Shown here one piece after another: positions 27,045 to 41,049 of a stretch of 64,000 bases of DNA. Under the pieces are notes generated by a model. That model ran no database searches, had not been told where the DNA came from, and saw nothing but the letters and a program-made list of their open reading frames with translations. The position numbers were made by a program, and so were the translations under genes. This DNA is from Eledone cirrhosa (lineage: Eukaryota), in assembly GCA_964016885.1 (NCBI GenBank), contig OZ024740.1:354330001-354394000 (forward strand). Direction: 5' to 3'. The number at the start of each line of letters is the position of its first letter. Positions within the stretch are counted from its first letter, which is position 1.

Positions 27045-29666
27045 CTGTTTAAAAGGAAAGAAATAGAAAAAAAGCATTTATTACTGAGCAATCAAAATGG
27101 TACCCGAGTAGAAGGTTGATAAATTGATATAAAAAATATACATCAAAGGTTCATTCAATAATCTGTGCCTTCTTTACTATGATCACCACTGCCGCCACCC
27201 TTTCCACTGCCACTACTGCTGCTACCACAAACATTGGCATCACCACTGCTACTGCCATCACCACCTCAACCATTATATTAAGGTTGGTGGATTGGCAGAA
27301 TTGTAAGAGAAATGGACAAAATACTTCATGGTGTTTAATTATGGTTATTTAAATTCCGAATTCAAATTCAGCTAAGGTTAACTTTGCCTTTTACCCTTTT
27401 AAGGCTGATAAATAAAGTATCAGTAAAGTACTAGGGTAAATTAATCAATGTTCTCCTTCCCCACGAAACTGATGACTTTGTGCATAAATTAGACATCATT
27501 ACAATCATTATTATTGACTACCACTGAAAAAACTATGCTTCGTTTGTGTCACGAATCTTCTGAGCAAAAGTGCTGTTCTGTTTCACAAACAGAAGTTTGT
27601 GTCCATTAAAATTTGTTGTCAATTGCCTAGAGAAATATACTTGCTGCTCTTTCATTTGATTTGTCCCTTTCTGCTTTGGGACAATTAGCTTTTAATAATT
27701 TTGTATCTTGAAATTTCTTTTTTTCCTTGAAAAAAAAAAGATGGATATTTGAGGAAAAATAATAATGTTTGATGAGGAAGAAGGTTAGAAAGAAGAGAGG
27801 GAGAGAAAGCACCAGAGAGAGAACGCTTGAGAGAGAGAATCACTGCTAGCATTTCACTAGAGGCTATGGCAAGTGGAGTTGTAAAAAATATAACCGAGAC
27901 TAGAAAAATAATAAGTTAGAATTAATACAGTATGTTAAGAATACTATTTATAGCAACAACAATGACAAAAACAATGGAGAATAACAACAATAAAATTAAC
28001 AAAAACAGCAGTAACAAAAAAAAAAAAAACTCAACTCTCCCAAAAGATATCTTTTGTACTTGCTACGATTAACTGGACAACACATCAATTGGAGAGGAAT
28101 ATGGGACAAGTAAAAAAATATACAAACAAAACATAAATCTTGGAGTGATGACACTGTCCATCAAGGAGATCAGTAACACTCAGAAAAGAAACACCTTCTA
28201 CAATGTACACATTGTAGAGAAAGATGACTGACACGTCCTGTTCCAAGTCAAATTGAAAATTCTTTGAATAAATACAGTAAGCAGTAATTTACATTTATAA
28301 AGGTTGGTGACACAAAACAGTAGCAGCCATCTGTAAAAATGAGTAGGAAGATTGTGGGCTTGCTACAAAAATGTGTATCCCAGCAATATTTGATGATCCC
28401 TCTCTACACGGGAAACAACATGATGATAATTGTGGTCACCAACATGTTTCCCTACAGGAGTCAGGCAAGAATAATAGCAATAATGGAGAACTTCGGGGAA
28501 ATATTAGAACAGCATCCATCTTCCTAGTGAAATAAACAGGGATTTTCCTTCAGTTCAAGGTACTATTAGCACTTGAAGACATAGCTAGCATACTGGACTA
28601 TTTCCAGTTCAATGACTACAAACAGATGCAGGCAGTGGTAGAAGGCAGAAATCCAAGGTAATATGAATGTGACAAAATAGACCATCCCAAAACTTTCTCT
28701 ACCATTGCTACCGACACTCTGGCCTCTAACCTCAATAGCACCAACAGTGATACCATAAAACACAACAGCAAAACAACAAAAAAAAAGAGCTTTCTCTCTA
28801 AACATATGTAGAAGAGCTCATGGCGACATCACTCTACAAGAATTCAAACAAATAATTTCCACTTAAAAATACAAAAATGAACACACATTATTGAAATATA
28901 TCATTTCTGCAATTTAGACAACTATCTCAAGGTTTTCAAAGGAAGTGAGATAATAGACATTAAAAGCACGGAAAAAACGACCACATTGGTTCCTATAAAG
29001 TCTAATATCTCATTTTAATCTGAGCTGAATTCCCCTCTCTCTCTCTTCCATCTTTAATCTCTTCATTGGTCTCCATAATCCACTCTGTTTTCTACCTTTT
29101 CTAAAATTCTTTTGCTTAAAAATTCACAATTAAAATGCCTGTTTGAAAACCAATTTCAACACTATTTCATCAGAGTATATTAATGGCATCAGTTTCTGAC
29201 AATACAAATTCCAGACTGATGTAATACCAGTAACATCTGACAAACGATATTTTATTCCTCTTGTTAAGATAGGATCACTACTCTCAATGTTACAGAAGAA
29301 AAGAAAAAGCCTCAGTTGTCCAATAAGTTCTTCTATTTTATGTGCACTCTTGGTTTTCTTTAAGAAAAGCTATAACATTTATCTTATTCTTTCACAAGAC
29401 AATATAATATTAATACATCAAGTTGTCAATCTCATCACAAATCCGAGCTAAAACCCTCTTCAATCTTAACCTTATTTTCCCTTTGTACGTAAGTGTTGTG
29501 TTCAATACACAAACATATGTAATCATTCACACACACACAGACAGACAGAGGGCATGTTTATGGTTTTATCTGCAAAGAGATTAGAGTTTAAATAGATGTG
29601 TGTTAAGGAAGAATAAAGCAACTGTAATGTGAATGTGTTTATATATCTATATATATATATATATAT

Positions 29667-30200
29667 TGGACCGAGACCTTTGGCGGTACTCAGTAATAGA
29701 GAAGACCCGCCTTACCTAAATACAAAGTAAAAACCTACTACAGTCAGTAGGCATCTCTATCAAAACACGCCCCCGTCCCACCACCTCTACCCCATCCACA
29801 CCGCCCCTTTCAATGTAAAGTTATGTTGGTCCCACAACATCCAGGCCGAAACAAATGAGATCGTGTAGGTGTCACGACAAAAAAACACACAGTCCACGCT
29901 GTAACCTCCCAGCCCCACACTGTAAATGTGGTTGGTGTTAGGAAGGGCATCCAGCTGTAGAAAACCCGCCAGACAGTCCACGCTGTAATGTGGCCGTGTA
30001 GGCAACACGGTAAAAACCTCCCAGCCCCACACTGTAAATGTGGTTGGTGTTAGGAAGGGCATCCAACTGTAGAAAACCCGCCAGACAGTCCTATGCGAGC
30101 AAGACAACCACTCTTGCCTCAAGTGGGAAAACCCCCGTCCAAACCCATGCAAGCGTGGAACACGGACGCTAAACCTGATGATGATGATGATGATGATGAT
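29667..30200 (+). mobile_element. 5'-truncated young copy of the RTE LINE
   Basis: Near-identical to 54761-55215; starts in a (TA)n tract and ends in (GAT)n. Confidence 0.92.
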
Positions 30201-31053
30201 ATTATATATCACCATCATTTTTATGTCCTCTAAACTATACTGGAAGAGGTTGGATTGGGACTTTTTAATGAAATGTTTTACAGCCTGATGTTCTTCACTT
30301 CTTAAATAACCTCTGCATTCAAAGCTCACATCTCACTCCCACACACCAAAGCAGTGCATGTATAACCAGTATAAAGCCTGAAAATCACTCTGTGGGAGAA
30401 ACCACTTGTTGCCAGCAGAGGTAACAGTTCTTTGTAGAAAAAGTGATAACATATTGAAAAAAGTTCAATGTTTTCAGAACATCTAACTTCAGTGATAACA
30501 AGGTCACATAGATAGCAAAAGCTATCAAGTGAACTTCCTGAGCATGTAAAGAGCTTTATTTTATGTGTAATATTCCTTCTGATTACGCCTGTGCATCTTT
30601 GTCAGCCTAGATATGATCCTACAACACATCATGTGTCCACTGTACACACTATGTGCAGTATATGAAGTTTCTATCTCATCCTGCTCAATATATTGTACAT
30701 GACCATTTTCCCAATGGTAGCAGGGTCCTGTCTTTTTTCCTGCTTACTAAAACTTTAGTCTTTGCTTAGTTTTCTTTAAGGCAATTTGATTCTAGGTTTT
30801 TCTTGTCTGTAATTTCTTTTACAGATTCAACTATAAACACAAGGCCATTGGCATAAAAAGGTTTCCATGGACAACATGTCTTAAATTTCTTTGTCATGAC
30901 CAGGAGAGCTATTATAAAAAGGAGGGGCTGATTCTTGATGGACTCCTACCTGTATTCTAAACTCATCTGTTCTCCTTTACTGTCATAGGAGTCAAGGAAA
31001 ATATCTCTAAATTTGTAACAGGCTGAGGGCTCTTTCAACTTCCATATCATTCT

Positions 31054-31117
<64 letters not shown>

Positions 31118-31634
31118 GCTACTTATCTATTTATATAGATTATATATTTTACCTATATATAAACAGTCGTTTTACAAAGAATTGAATGGATTAAATTTTT
31201 TTAACATATTTTAACTTGTTCTAAGCTGCTATAATACAAGCTAAAGTATTGAATATTCAAGTAAGTTGGGCATATAAATCCTATATCTTCTGCATTCACT
31301 GCTCATGTTCACTGCCATATAACATATAATGTCTCATGCTGGCATCATACAATATCTCCACACATGTATGCATACACAAACATATATGTATGCAAAAAAT
31401 AAACAGAAGTAACTAAGCAAATGACACAATACAATGAACAATATATTAGTTTAATGCTTGATAAAGTAGGAAAGGAGTCTTTACATTTTGGATACTAATC
31501 CTTTATCAAGAGATAGAATGAGAAATAAAAGATAAAATAGAAAGACAGAGAGTGAGAATAGGATGGAACGGAAAACAAAAAGATTTCGAGAAAAACACAC
31601 ATGTGCATATTCAGTCAGCCATTTTGGAAAGAAT

Positions 31635-31903
<269 letters not shown>

Positions 31904-32272
31904 AAGTGAACATGAGACATTTAATTGATAACCTACATAGTTCATTTTAATACAATGCATAGGTTTTAAAAGGAATATTTATTTACTCATTTTTAAATCA
32001 TTCTTTCAGCCATCTTTCTATTTAAAAGGATGAAGGATTATATATTTTAAGAATTAAAAATTAGTGTTTTATTTTTACCATATATATTTCATTTGTGTTT
32101 TATAATTTTTCTTATACAACAGCAAAATACTACAAGTCTAAGCTAGTCAAAAACACTCCACAGAAAATAAAGTTATCCAGTTAAATAAAAGTAAAAATTA
32201 AAACCACAACAGTAAAACCCTACGATTATATCAGAGGCATGACATAACATATAAACTGAATGTATGTCTTAC

Positions 32273-32475
32273 TTCTTCTAAGGTGGTATCAGATATTCCA
32301 TAAGTTGCAATACCAAGATCAGTATGGTTTATTTCCAAAGAGGAAAACAGTTCTTCAAAGTTAGCTTCTTCATCATTGATGAGTTGAAAACAGATTTCAG
32401 TGCCAACGTCTTCAATTAATTCACTCTTTGGTACATACTTCTTTATAAAAGCTACCAGCCGATCTTTTGAAAATC
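32273..32475 (-). CDS. ABCA1: ABCA1-like exon (regulatory domain R1)
   Basis: acag|...|gtaag; 203 nt, GFSKDRLVAFIKKYVP...LGIATYGISDTTLEE. Confidence 0.95.
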
Positions 32476-32942
32476 CTGTATAGAAAAATATGTAATGTAA
32501 TATGACATACAACAAAAACATCAGAAACATACACATTATATGCATGTGTGTGTATGTATGGATGTGTATATATATATTTCAATATGTTAGGAAAAACAGG
32601 CAAGGTGTGAGTAAGAAAACTTATTTAATTAATCAATTAAATAATTTTTTTCTGCTCATGCCTTACCTGTTTTTCCTAACATAGTAATTTATACATACTC
32701 CGTGAATTATTGGAACCTGTAAAATACTCGTGGATTAACATCTGGAATATTATGTCACAGGACTCAATTATACATGTTGAAAAAACTATTCAGTAAGCTG
32801 CTTCTACATTAATAGTTGCATAATTATCCCACAAGTTTGATTTTACCAACAAAAAGTGAAAACTAAACTCCCTTATCTTCTTATATATATATATATATAT
32901 ATATATATGCTAGCGTGGAAAATGGACATTAAACGATGATGA

Positions 32943-32981
<39 letters not shown>

Positions 32982-33903
32982 AAGATAAGGGAGTTTAGTT
33001 TTATATCCTCCTTATCATCACTTAACATCTATTTTCTATGATAGCATGGGTTAAACAGGTTGTGCCATTTGAGGCAAGTTGGGTCAGGTGACTGTGTCCT
33101 GCTCATACATATATATAAACAATGAACTAATTAAGAACCTACCTTCAACTTTTGTTTTGTTTTCAATGATAAATACACACACATATATAAATGACTCTGT
33201 AGCTAAAGTAGATTCTTTGAGGGAACCTTATGCGATGAAAGCCTACTACAAATACTATAGCTCTCCTGCCTAATCTTGTTGTAACCATCACTTCAAAATT
33301 GCATTAAGTTCTAACTTTGTTATCAGCCCCACCATAAACATCATCATCATCAACGATTAATGTCTACCCAAGAAGGGTGATTTGGGATATACAGCAAATT
33401 ACAACTAAGTTTGAAAATCGATTAAAGGTGTTTATCATTTTTTCAATTTTCATGGAAATTCACATTTTCTGGCATGTTCACATATCAAAAATGTTTATAT
33501 TTATATACACATTGGTGCAGTTTCAGTTACCCACTTTGTATATATACAGATATAACTTTATTGTACACTTCGGCTGCTTAGCGCACCTCTCAATATATAG
33601 GCCCCCCCCCCCCCCCCCCCAAAAAAAAGTATTCAAACTTCAACAGAATTCTAATCAAAGTGTGCATACATTTTGGGGGGACATCCTGTATATAGTTTTA
33701 GTTGTACAAAGAAGAGAAATAACACTTCATATATAAAACAGAGTGACCTCTATGTTTTACTATTTATAGACGCAAAGCTATGTCAATGATTTAAGATTTC
33801 ATGCTTAAAGTAATTATCAAACTGATAATTTTTATAAGTGTTTTAAAAATTAAAGGTAAGAAAGAAAAAAAAATGAAAACTAAGGAAATAAAGTGTTTCT
33901 TAC

Positions 33904-34027
33904 CAGGTGTTGAAGGAGATTCAGAATAGTCTGATAGTGAAGATACCTTTTTTAAGAAATTGTCTTGATCACTAAAACTTGATAGATCAGCAGATATTTT
34001 CTCTTCAGATTTGACTGATGGGACAAA
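33904..34027 (-). CDS. ABCA1: ABCA1-like exon (Ser-rich linker)
   Basis: ttag|...|gtaag; 124 nt open, FVPSVKSEEKISADLSSFSDQDNFLKKVSSLSDYSESPSTP; supplies the needed phase 0 to phase 1 bridge. Confidence 0.8.
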
Positions 34028-34348
34028 CTAAAAGGGAAATGTAAATCACAGGAAAACATTTAGGTAATTCAAATCATTTAAATAGTATAGGTTTTTTTTT
34101 TACTTTGAATTTTGTTTTACATTGACATCCTGAATGGCATTGCCTGACTGGAATAGCAATTGGAACATTTAATCAACTGATACTCTCCAACCTCTGTTTC
34201 ACAGACATGCTGCATATTTGAATGGCTACAAGTAAGATGTTCACCATTTATAATATCTATTGCATCACACACACATGGGTGGGGGTGGGGGTGTAAAACA
34301 ATAAATATGACTGGGTTTTGTTTTTTATGTATGTGTATGTATGTGTGC

Positions 34349-34457
34349 GAGAGAGAGAGAGAAAAAGGGGCAGTGAAAGGAAGATAGAAAGAGAGAGTGA
34401 AAGGGAGAGAGAGAGAGAAAAAGGGGCAGTGAAAGGAAGATAGAAAGAGAGAGTGAA

Positions 34458-34528
<71 letters not shown>

Positions 34529-34600
34529 AAGAGAGAGAGAGTGAAAGGGAGATAGATAGATAGATAGAAAGAGAGAGACAGAAAGGGAGATAGAGATAGA
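34349..34600. repeat. Compound GA/GATA repeat with an internal ~57-bp duplication
   Basis: gagaaaaaggggcagtgaaaggaagatagaaagagagagtgaaaggg twice, then (GA)n and (GATA)n. Confidence 0.92.
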
Positions 34601-35152
34601 TATGTAGAGAAGAGGATAATGAGGAATTGGTTTTGCATCTGTTTTTTTCCCTGCTTGTATAAGTTGGGTGAAGACCAAAGCTTATCCTGGTTTTATTTAT
34701 TGTTAAACAATTGGAAATACAAGAGCTGGATAGGACAACAGTTTATTGCAGAACTAAATAATATAAAAGTTTGAGAAATGAAGTACTTTACTTTAGGACA
34801 CAATACCCAACCCAGTTTGTGAATTGAATCTACAATCTTAGAGTAGCTAGTTTTTCACAGAGAACATATTTTAGGACATTTTTATAAACCATATTTTCTA
34901 AATCTGGTGGTGTACTGCTGCAAAGGAGAAGGTGGGGTGTCATCCAATACCCCCTCGCACATTGGTGATAGACCCATCTCTGTGTGTAGTCTCCTACAAT
35001 ATTATACAGTAATTATGCTTTTAGATACAATGTATGAACAAAACCACCTTTAATGTCTGCATCAAAGATTTCATCTTTATATTGTATGTCAGTGACAAGT
35101 TAAACTGATGGTGCCTTTTCTTCAAAGGTATGAGGAATAAAGGAAGTGTAAT

Positions 35153-35328
35153 GGTTCAATTGAAAATCAAGTCTGAATCAAGGACTGGTTCAATTGAAAA
35201 TCAGACTTGAATCATGGATTGGCTCAATTGAAAATCAAGTCTTTATTGAGGATTGCTTCAATAAATGAAACCAGAATCAAGGATTGGCTCAATTGAAAAT
35301 CAAGCCTGAATCAAGGATTGGGTTCATT
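35153..35328. repeat. 34-bp minisatellite, ~5 copies
   Basis: ggttcaattgaaaatcaagtctgaatcaaggatt variants at 35153, 35187, 35221, 35255 and 35286. Confidence 0.9.
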
Positions 35329-35449
35329 CTACAGTGCTTGCACAAGATAATGTATAAATAACAAATAATCGTAAAACTATTTTGAAACCAGTCACATAAT
35401 GTTTATGGCAGAACACAAGAGAAACACTGCTTATACAATAATAAATTAC

Positions 35450-35736
35450 CTCATTGACTGATTCAGGAGTATTTAATGGTCTTGACATAGCACTTTTAAA
35501 GGATGGACAACTGCTTGAATTTGATAAATCCAGGCTTTGAATCTTTTCATTTTTCTTATCAAAGTTTTCTTTATTTTCTGCTTTCACCAGTGTTAAGTAA
35601 TAGCCATCAATATATTGTTTTTTAAGGAATAGACTTGAACCACAACATTGCAATTTTCCATTCGATATAATTGCAATTCGGTCTCCCAAAATGTCAGCTT
35701 CATCCATATGATGTGTAGTTAAAATGATTGTTCGGT
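35450..35736 (-). CDS. ABCA1: ABCA1-like exon (NBD1 H-loop, linker)
   Basis: ttag|...GAG|gtaat; 287 nt, [40 protein letters not shown]...YYLTLVK...ESVNE. Confidence 0.93.
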
Positions 35737-35774
35737 CTAAAAGCAAAAAAAAAAAAATAAATAATAATGATAAT

Positions 35775-36500
35775 CTCTTTATTTGTCACAAGGACTGACA
35801 AATAGTGGACAATATATAGGGCAGGGACAGTGGGGGGTTTTACAGAAAAATTGAGTAAACAATATAAAAACAATAATAATAAAAATATAATTATAACCAT
35901 ACAAATTCCCCAATAGTGGGAAGGACCACCCAGGGTGACTCAGGAACCCCACCAATCCTGAACCACCTGACGAAGGTGACCCTCTCCACTCCAAATCAGA
36001 ACAAGTCTGGCATATCTACATAAAATTCGTAGGGCAGACCATCCAAACCATGTAACTTGTGTCCTGTGCAGCTGACCAGGGCATCCTGAATTTCGGCTGA
36101 TGTTATCTGCCTTTTACAGTCAAGTAAAGTGCTGGCAAAAGGCCAAACACATCTTCTTAGAATCGTTCAGCACATATTTACCTCAGTCTGGCAAAACCTG
36201 AATCTGCCACTCAGCCCTATCGAACAGCTTTCGTTACAAGAGTATACAACTTCACTCTGATAATGCAACTTTCATATTTTGCATTGAAGAAATGGTCTAT
36301 AGCTATTCCTGCCACTAGCACATCAGTTGCAATGCCACTTCTAGTTGCCTTGTCTAATTTAGCTACCAGCTCCCCTTCCTTTCTATTATTTTCTATAACT
36401 ACTTCTTTATTAAAAGCTATTGAAACTAATCTCTCTCTTGAAAGCGCCCCACCGTCTGGTGTTGACCCCCACCCCAACCCACCCATCAACTTATATTTAA
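35775..36500 (-). mobile_element. L1/Tx1-clade LINE relic, internally deleted
   Basis: Minus-strand KEGELVAKLDKA...DHFFNAKYESCIIRVK and AEIQDAL...GLDGLPYEFY (PGxDG motif), then a 3' end with AATAAA. Confidence 0.7.
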
Positions 36501-37060
36501 CTAAAGTGGCGACCCAAATAATAATAATAATTGTTTCTACTTTTGGCACAAGGCCAGCAATTACCCCAGTGCATTACTGGTGCTTTATTTTATCGATCCC
36601 ATAAGGATTAAAGGCAAAGTTAACCTCAGCGAGATTTGAACTCAGGCCGTAAAAGGCCATAACTCTAAGCTGCAAAGCATGGTGTCTGATGCTCTACCAA
36701 TATTGCCAAATAAATAAATAAATTTTCACAATTACTATCTCTTGAAGATTTAAACTTAAAAATGATTATAAATTGAAATTAATCACAGATTATAAGAAAG
36801 TGAGTTTTCCAAAATATTAGTTCAACATAAAACTTATACCTGATCTCTATAATGGTGTCAAATAATTACCTGGTTTAAAACTAAATTTATAACCAGCAAT
36901 AAAAACTATTTCTATGTATTCTATGATTAATCATAATACTAACAATTTAGTTAATTTTTTTTCTGACAATGCATTACTTTTGACTTGATTTTAATTCCAT
37001 TTTTTTAAAATAGACTTTACTTACTTATGTTTAAACAAATGAATTAGTATTCTTACAAAC

Positions 37061-37198
37061 CTCGTCTGTATTTTAGAAGAATGTCCCAGATATCTCTTCG
37101 AGAACTAGGGTCTACCCCTGCAGTTGGTTCATCAAGAATAACAGTTTTCGAACCACCGATAAAGGAAATAGCCACAGAAAGCTTACGCTTCATTCCAC
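37061..37198 (-). CDS. ABCA1: ABCA1-like exon (NBD1 signature, Walker B)
   Basis: ctag|...|gtttg; 138 nt, [46 protein letters not shown]. Confidence 0.96.
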
Positions 37199-38540
37199 CT
37201 AGAACAGAAATAATTAAATTATCTTTACAAAATCAACAAAAATTTAGTACATAATAATAAATAATAATACAAATGACATTTTAACCCTATCATTACTGTA
37301 TTTCTAATGAAATACACTGTATTTTAATTAACTATTGGAGAATTTGGAGGGATTTATTGAAATTATTAATAATTTCATTATTCAGATTGTATTTGTATTA
37401 TAACTTGACAAAAGTAAAATTATGTTGGAAGGTTTTAATTAAAATTGTTGTAGTGCACCTGAGCACTGTACACAATAATTTCATTATTATTATAAAAAAT
37501 CCCGCCGAGGTTAACTTTGCCTTTCATCCTTACGGGGTCGATAAAATAAAGTACCAGTAATGCACTGGGTAATTGCTGGCCTTGTGCCAAAAGTAGAAAC
37601 AATTATTATTATTAAAAAAAAAAAAAATAGAAACCCTTTAAGATAGGTAGTTTTGAGATATTTTCTCTTTCTCTCACTAACTTCCAAGAAACTCAAAAGA
37701 CATATATACAAAAAAGGCTATGATAATTCCACATTAACCCTCTTGATACCAAACTACCTGAAACCATTCTTGGTTCTATGATACAAAGCTGTTTGTTTAA
37801 AAGTATTTAAATCTATCTAAAAATCTTCTATCATAACTTTATGTAAAAATCTTTGTTAAGTTATGCTCCAAACACCAGCTTAATAGTGAGAAAATTCTAT
37901 AACTAAAGCCCTCCAAATTCTTGGATATTTTCAAAATGATTTGAAAAACATAGGCAGTGTCTTTCACGAGCGATATAGTAACAAGTTCTGAGTTATCGAA
38001 CATCAACTGATCCATTCTGATAACATTAACTAAATATGTCTTTTTAGACATTACTGTCCATAAACAGTCAGAATGTCAAATAAAAGTAAAAATAACTGAG
38101 TGTTCTATTGTATCTGAAACAATTAATCACATATAGGAAATACAAGATAGACATTGTTTAGATGTGATCACACCATATTTAATTTTGTTAACCATCTAGT
38201 ATTTATTTATATCCAAACTATTCTGCTAGAATGTGATTGATTAGAGTTACTCATGATCAATAGGAGGATCATTTGCTGAAGATGTTCCAAGAGTTCCCAG
38301 TGGAAGGAAGCTGCAGTACAGGAAGACCAAGGAATACCTGGTTAAAAGTTGTGCGACCAGATCTCAAAATGCTGAACCTCACCAAGGAGATGAAGAAGGA
38401 AAATAATGTGTGCAGAAAGGCTGCACTGGAAAAGACCTGTCCAACCTATGCAAGGTTTCAAAATCAGGTAGTTTTACAACCCGATTTTAAAACCTTGTGA
38501 GAACTAAGCATTCTATTAGCTGCTGTCACATAAATATTAA

Positions 38541-39335
38541 TCTTAACTATAATAAAGGGAGGAGTGCGGGACCCCGTCCAGAATATATTTTTTTACCCGT
38601 TTGTAAAATAAGTTGGATTACTTTGAATAAATAATTGTTTCTACTTTAGTCACAAGGCCAGCAATTACCCAGTACATTACTGGTACTTTATTTTATCGAC
38701 CCCGTAAGGATGAAAGGCAAAGTTAAAGTAATGAATGAATATTACATAATTTATGTGCTAAATTTCGTGGCTGTTGATTAAATATATTTTATAGCTTATT
38801 TAATTATTCACTTCTTTAAAATTTTCAAATGTCAAGACTTCCGGTTAGTGGCCATTATATTATAACACTTATAGGGCAGTGGATTGGCAGTATCAATAGA
38901 GGGTCGGACACCATGCTTTGACACATAGAGTTACGCCCCTTCCGAGTTCAAATGCTGCCGAGGTTAACTTTACCTTTCATCCTTACGGGGTCGATAAAAT
39001 AAAGTACCAGTAATGCACTGGGTAAGTGCTGGCCTTGTGCCAAAAAGTAGAAACAATTATATTATAACACTTATAAAAATATCTCATATATTTCTGTCGC
39101 TAATTTTCTGCTAATGCAGTTTAGATATAATATCGTCTTTTTTTAATGTATCATGGATTACGTTACTGATTACAGAAGACAGAGTAACATAGTCTTCGTT
39201 CAATTTCTGTGTATATTGTCAATTATGATTTTATTTGATGTATCATATCTACATGCATATATATTTGTGTATAATATAAATATACACACTAAACATGCTA
39301 GCAGAAAACCACCCAAAGGGTGGTTTTTCTGCTAG
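38541..39335 (+). mobile_element. Putative non-autonomous Helitron with nested SINEs
   Basis: A|TCTTAACTATAATAAAG 5' end; 3' hairpin aaaaccaccc-aaa-gggtggtttt then CTAG|T. Confidence 0.55.
38874..39055 (+). mobile_element. SINE family A with 20-bp TSD (further copies or fragments near 1620, 6170, 7620, 20715, 20990, 27280, 36527, 37497, 38632, 43466, 59645)
   Basis: TSD attatattataacacttata at 38854 and 39056. Confidence 0.88.
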
Positions 39336-39454
39336 TAATAATAATGAAAATTATTGTGTACAGTGCTCAGGTGCACTACAACTCTTCAAAGGTGCATGTA
39401 TAGTACATATAATAGTGTACAAATGTCAGGAAAGTGAAATGTATGAGTCATGAT

Positions 39455-39680
39455 ATCATCATCATCATCACTCGTCGACTACTGTCGAGATGATGGATCT
39501 CACTCTCATGCCCCAGAATTCCCTGTCCCCCATCGCTGCCCCCAGGTCCTGTCTACTGATTCCCGTATCCCTAGAGATAACGTCAGGGAATGACAGCTTC
39601 CTACTCCTAGTCAGGCTGGAGTCAGGGTTCCAGAGCAAGAGAGCGGATATGATTTCATTGCTGGCACAGTGACACACATG
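39455..39680 (-). mobile_element. RTE-like LINE 3' fragment (third family)
   Basis: HCA..EIISALLLWNP...FPDVISRDTG...AMGDREFW followed by a (GAT)n tail. Confidence 0.7.
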
Positions 39681-40548
39681 CATGTGTATGGAGGAGGAAC
39701 ATCAGGTGAGTATGGAAGTTTTAAAGGATGCAGTACCTCGACTGCTAACAACCGATGCAGGTAGTTTGTTCCATGCTTCAGCAACTCTGAGCATTAAAAA
39801 ATGTTTACAAAAGTCATGGGAGCTGTGCTGTATCTACAAATCTATTGCCTACTGACTACATGGACCTAATGGATTTTGGAGTATTTCATTTGTTTACTTA
39901 ATGGAATTACCTACTATAGTGAATTATAGCTTAAAAGGCTGAATGTTTCAAAAATGACAATCTGTGAGCAGACAAAATTTGACATTTTGTGACAAAGCTG
40001 GGTTACTAAATCTCATATATAGTTCATCAAACAACACAACTTCTTTCAGAAGACTTGGAATGACACTTACTGAGGAAGCTGCATATGCCTTTACTGTCAT
40101 ATGCTTTTACTGTTATATTGTTATCATCATTTCAACACCCACGTTTTCATACTTGCATAGGTTGGATGAGTATCATCAGTACTACAACAGTCATCACTCA
40201 CAATTTAATATAACATGATAGTATATACTATGTTTTCACTAAAGGTTTTAGGTACCCATGTAGTTGTGAATAGATACAGACATCTTCTCGACCCTCCCTC
40301 CTTTGATCCAGCAGAACATCCATGATATAACAGCTGGTAAGAGAGAGGGCTCCATTAGCACTGGGCTGGTATTTTCTCTACTGATCCCGAAAGGATAAAA
40401 AGGTAAAATGGACTTTGCATTCTGAGTTCACATTCTGTCAAAGGTTCAGAACAAATATCCCATGCTCTAATGACTCTGCTAAAATGAGCACCTTATCTTT
40501 AGTACTAAGATGTAAGACATTTCTCAGATGTGATAAAGTTAAACTCAC

Positions 40549-40688
40549 CTGAAAGATTCATGCTACGCTCCTTTCTTTTATGTAGCAAGCCAACATCATT
40601 CATCATTTTATCCATTTCAATTGAAAGATATTTTGAAGTTCTTCCTCTCAATTTTGCATAGAACCACAGATGTTCTTCAACAGTCAAT
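40549..40688 (-). CDS. ABCA1: ABCA1-like exon (NBD1)
   Basis: ccag|...|gtgagt; 140 nt, LTVEEHLWFYAKLRG...RSMNLS. Confidence 0.95.
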
Positions 40689-40917
40689 CTGGAAACAATA
40701 TGAGTTTTGAGAAATTGAAAAATGAAACAACAAAAGCCAGAAATAAAAACACCAGAGAGATAATGAACAAGTTATTTATATTATTAAGTCTCTCTAAATT
40801 CTTGATTATTTTCAAAATTAATTGAAAAGCATAGCCAATGTCTTTCATTAGAAATATCATAATGGTTAAGGTACCCTTTTGTTTGTAAGAAAGTTAAGAT
40901 ACAATAACAATACTTAC

Positions 40918-41049
40918 AAATCAAATAGAACATTAAACTGAGGACAAACTGAAAGATTTTTTCGGATATCATCAATATCACATCTGACATCTTTGCCATA
41001 AATAATTGCAGTTCCATCAGTTGGAGGGAATAAACCAGTTAAAATTGAC
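40918..41049 (-). CDS. ABCA1: ABCA1-like exon (NBD1 Q-loop)
   Basis: acag|...|gtaagt; 132 nt, [43 protein letters not shown]. Confidence 0.96.

Noticed and set aside
28100-28990. Possible LINE ORF1-like relic on the minus strand
   Set aside because: Composition suggests old TE sequence, but I could not read a convincing motif
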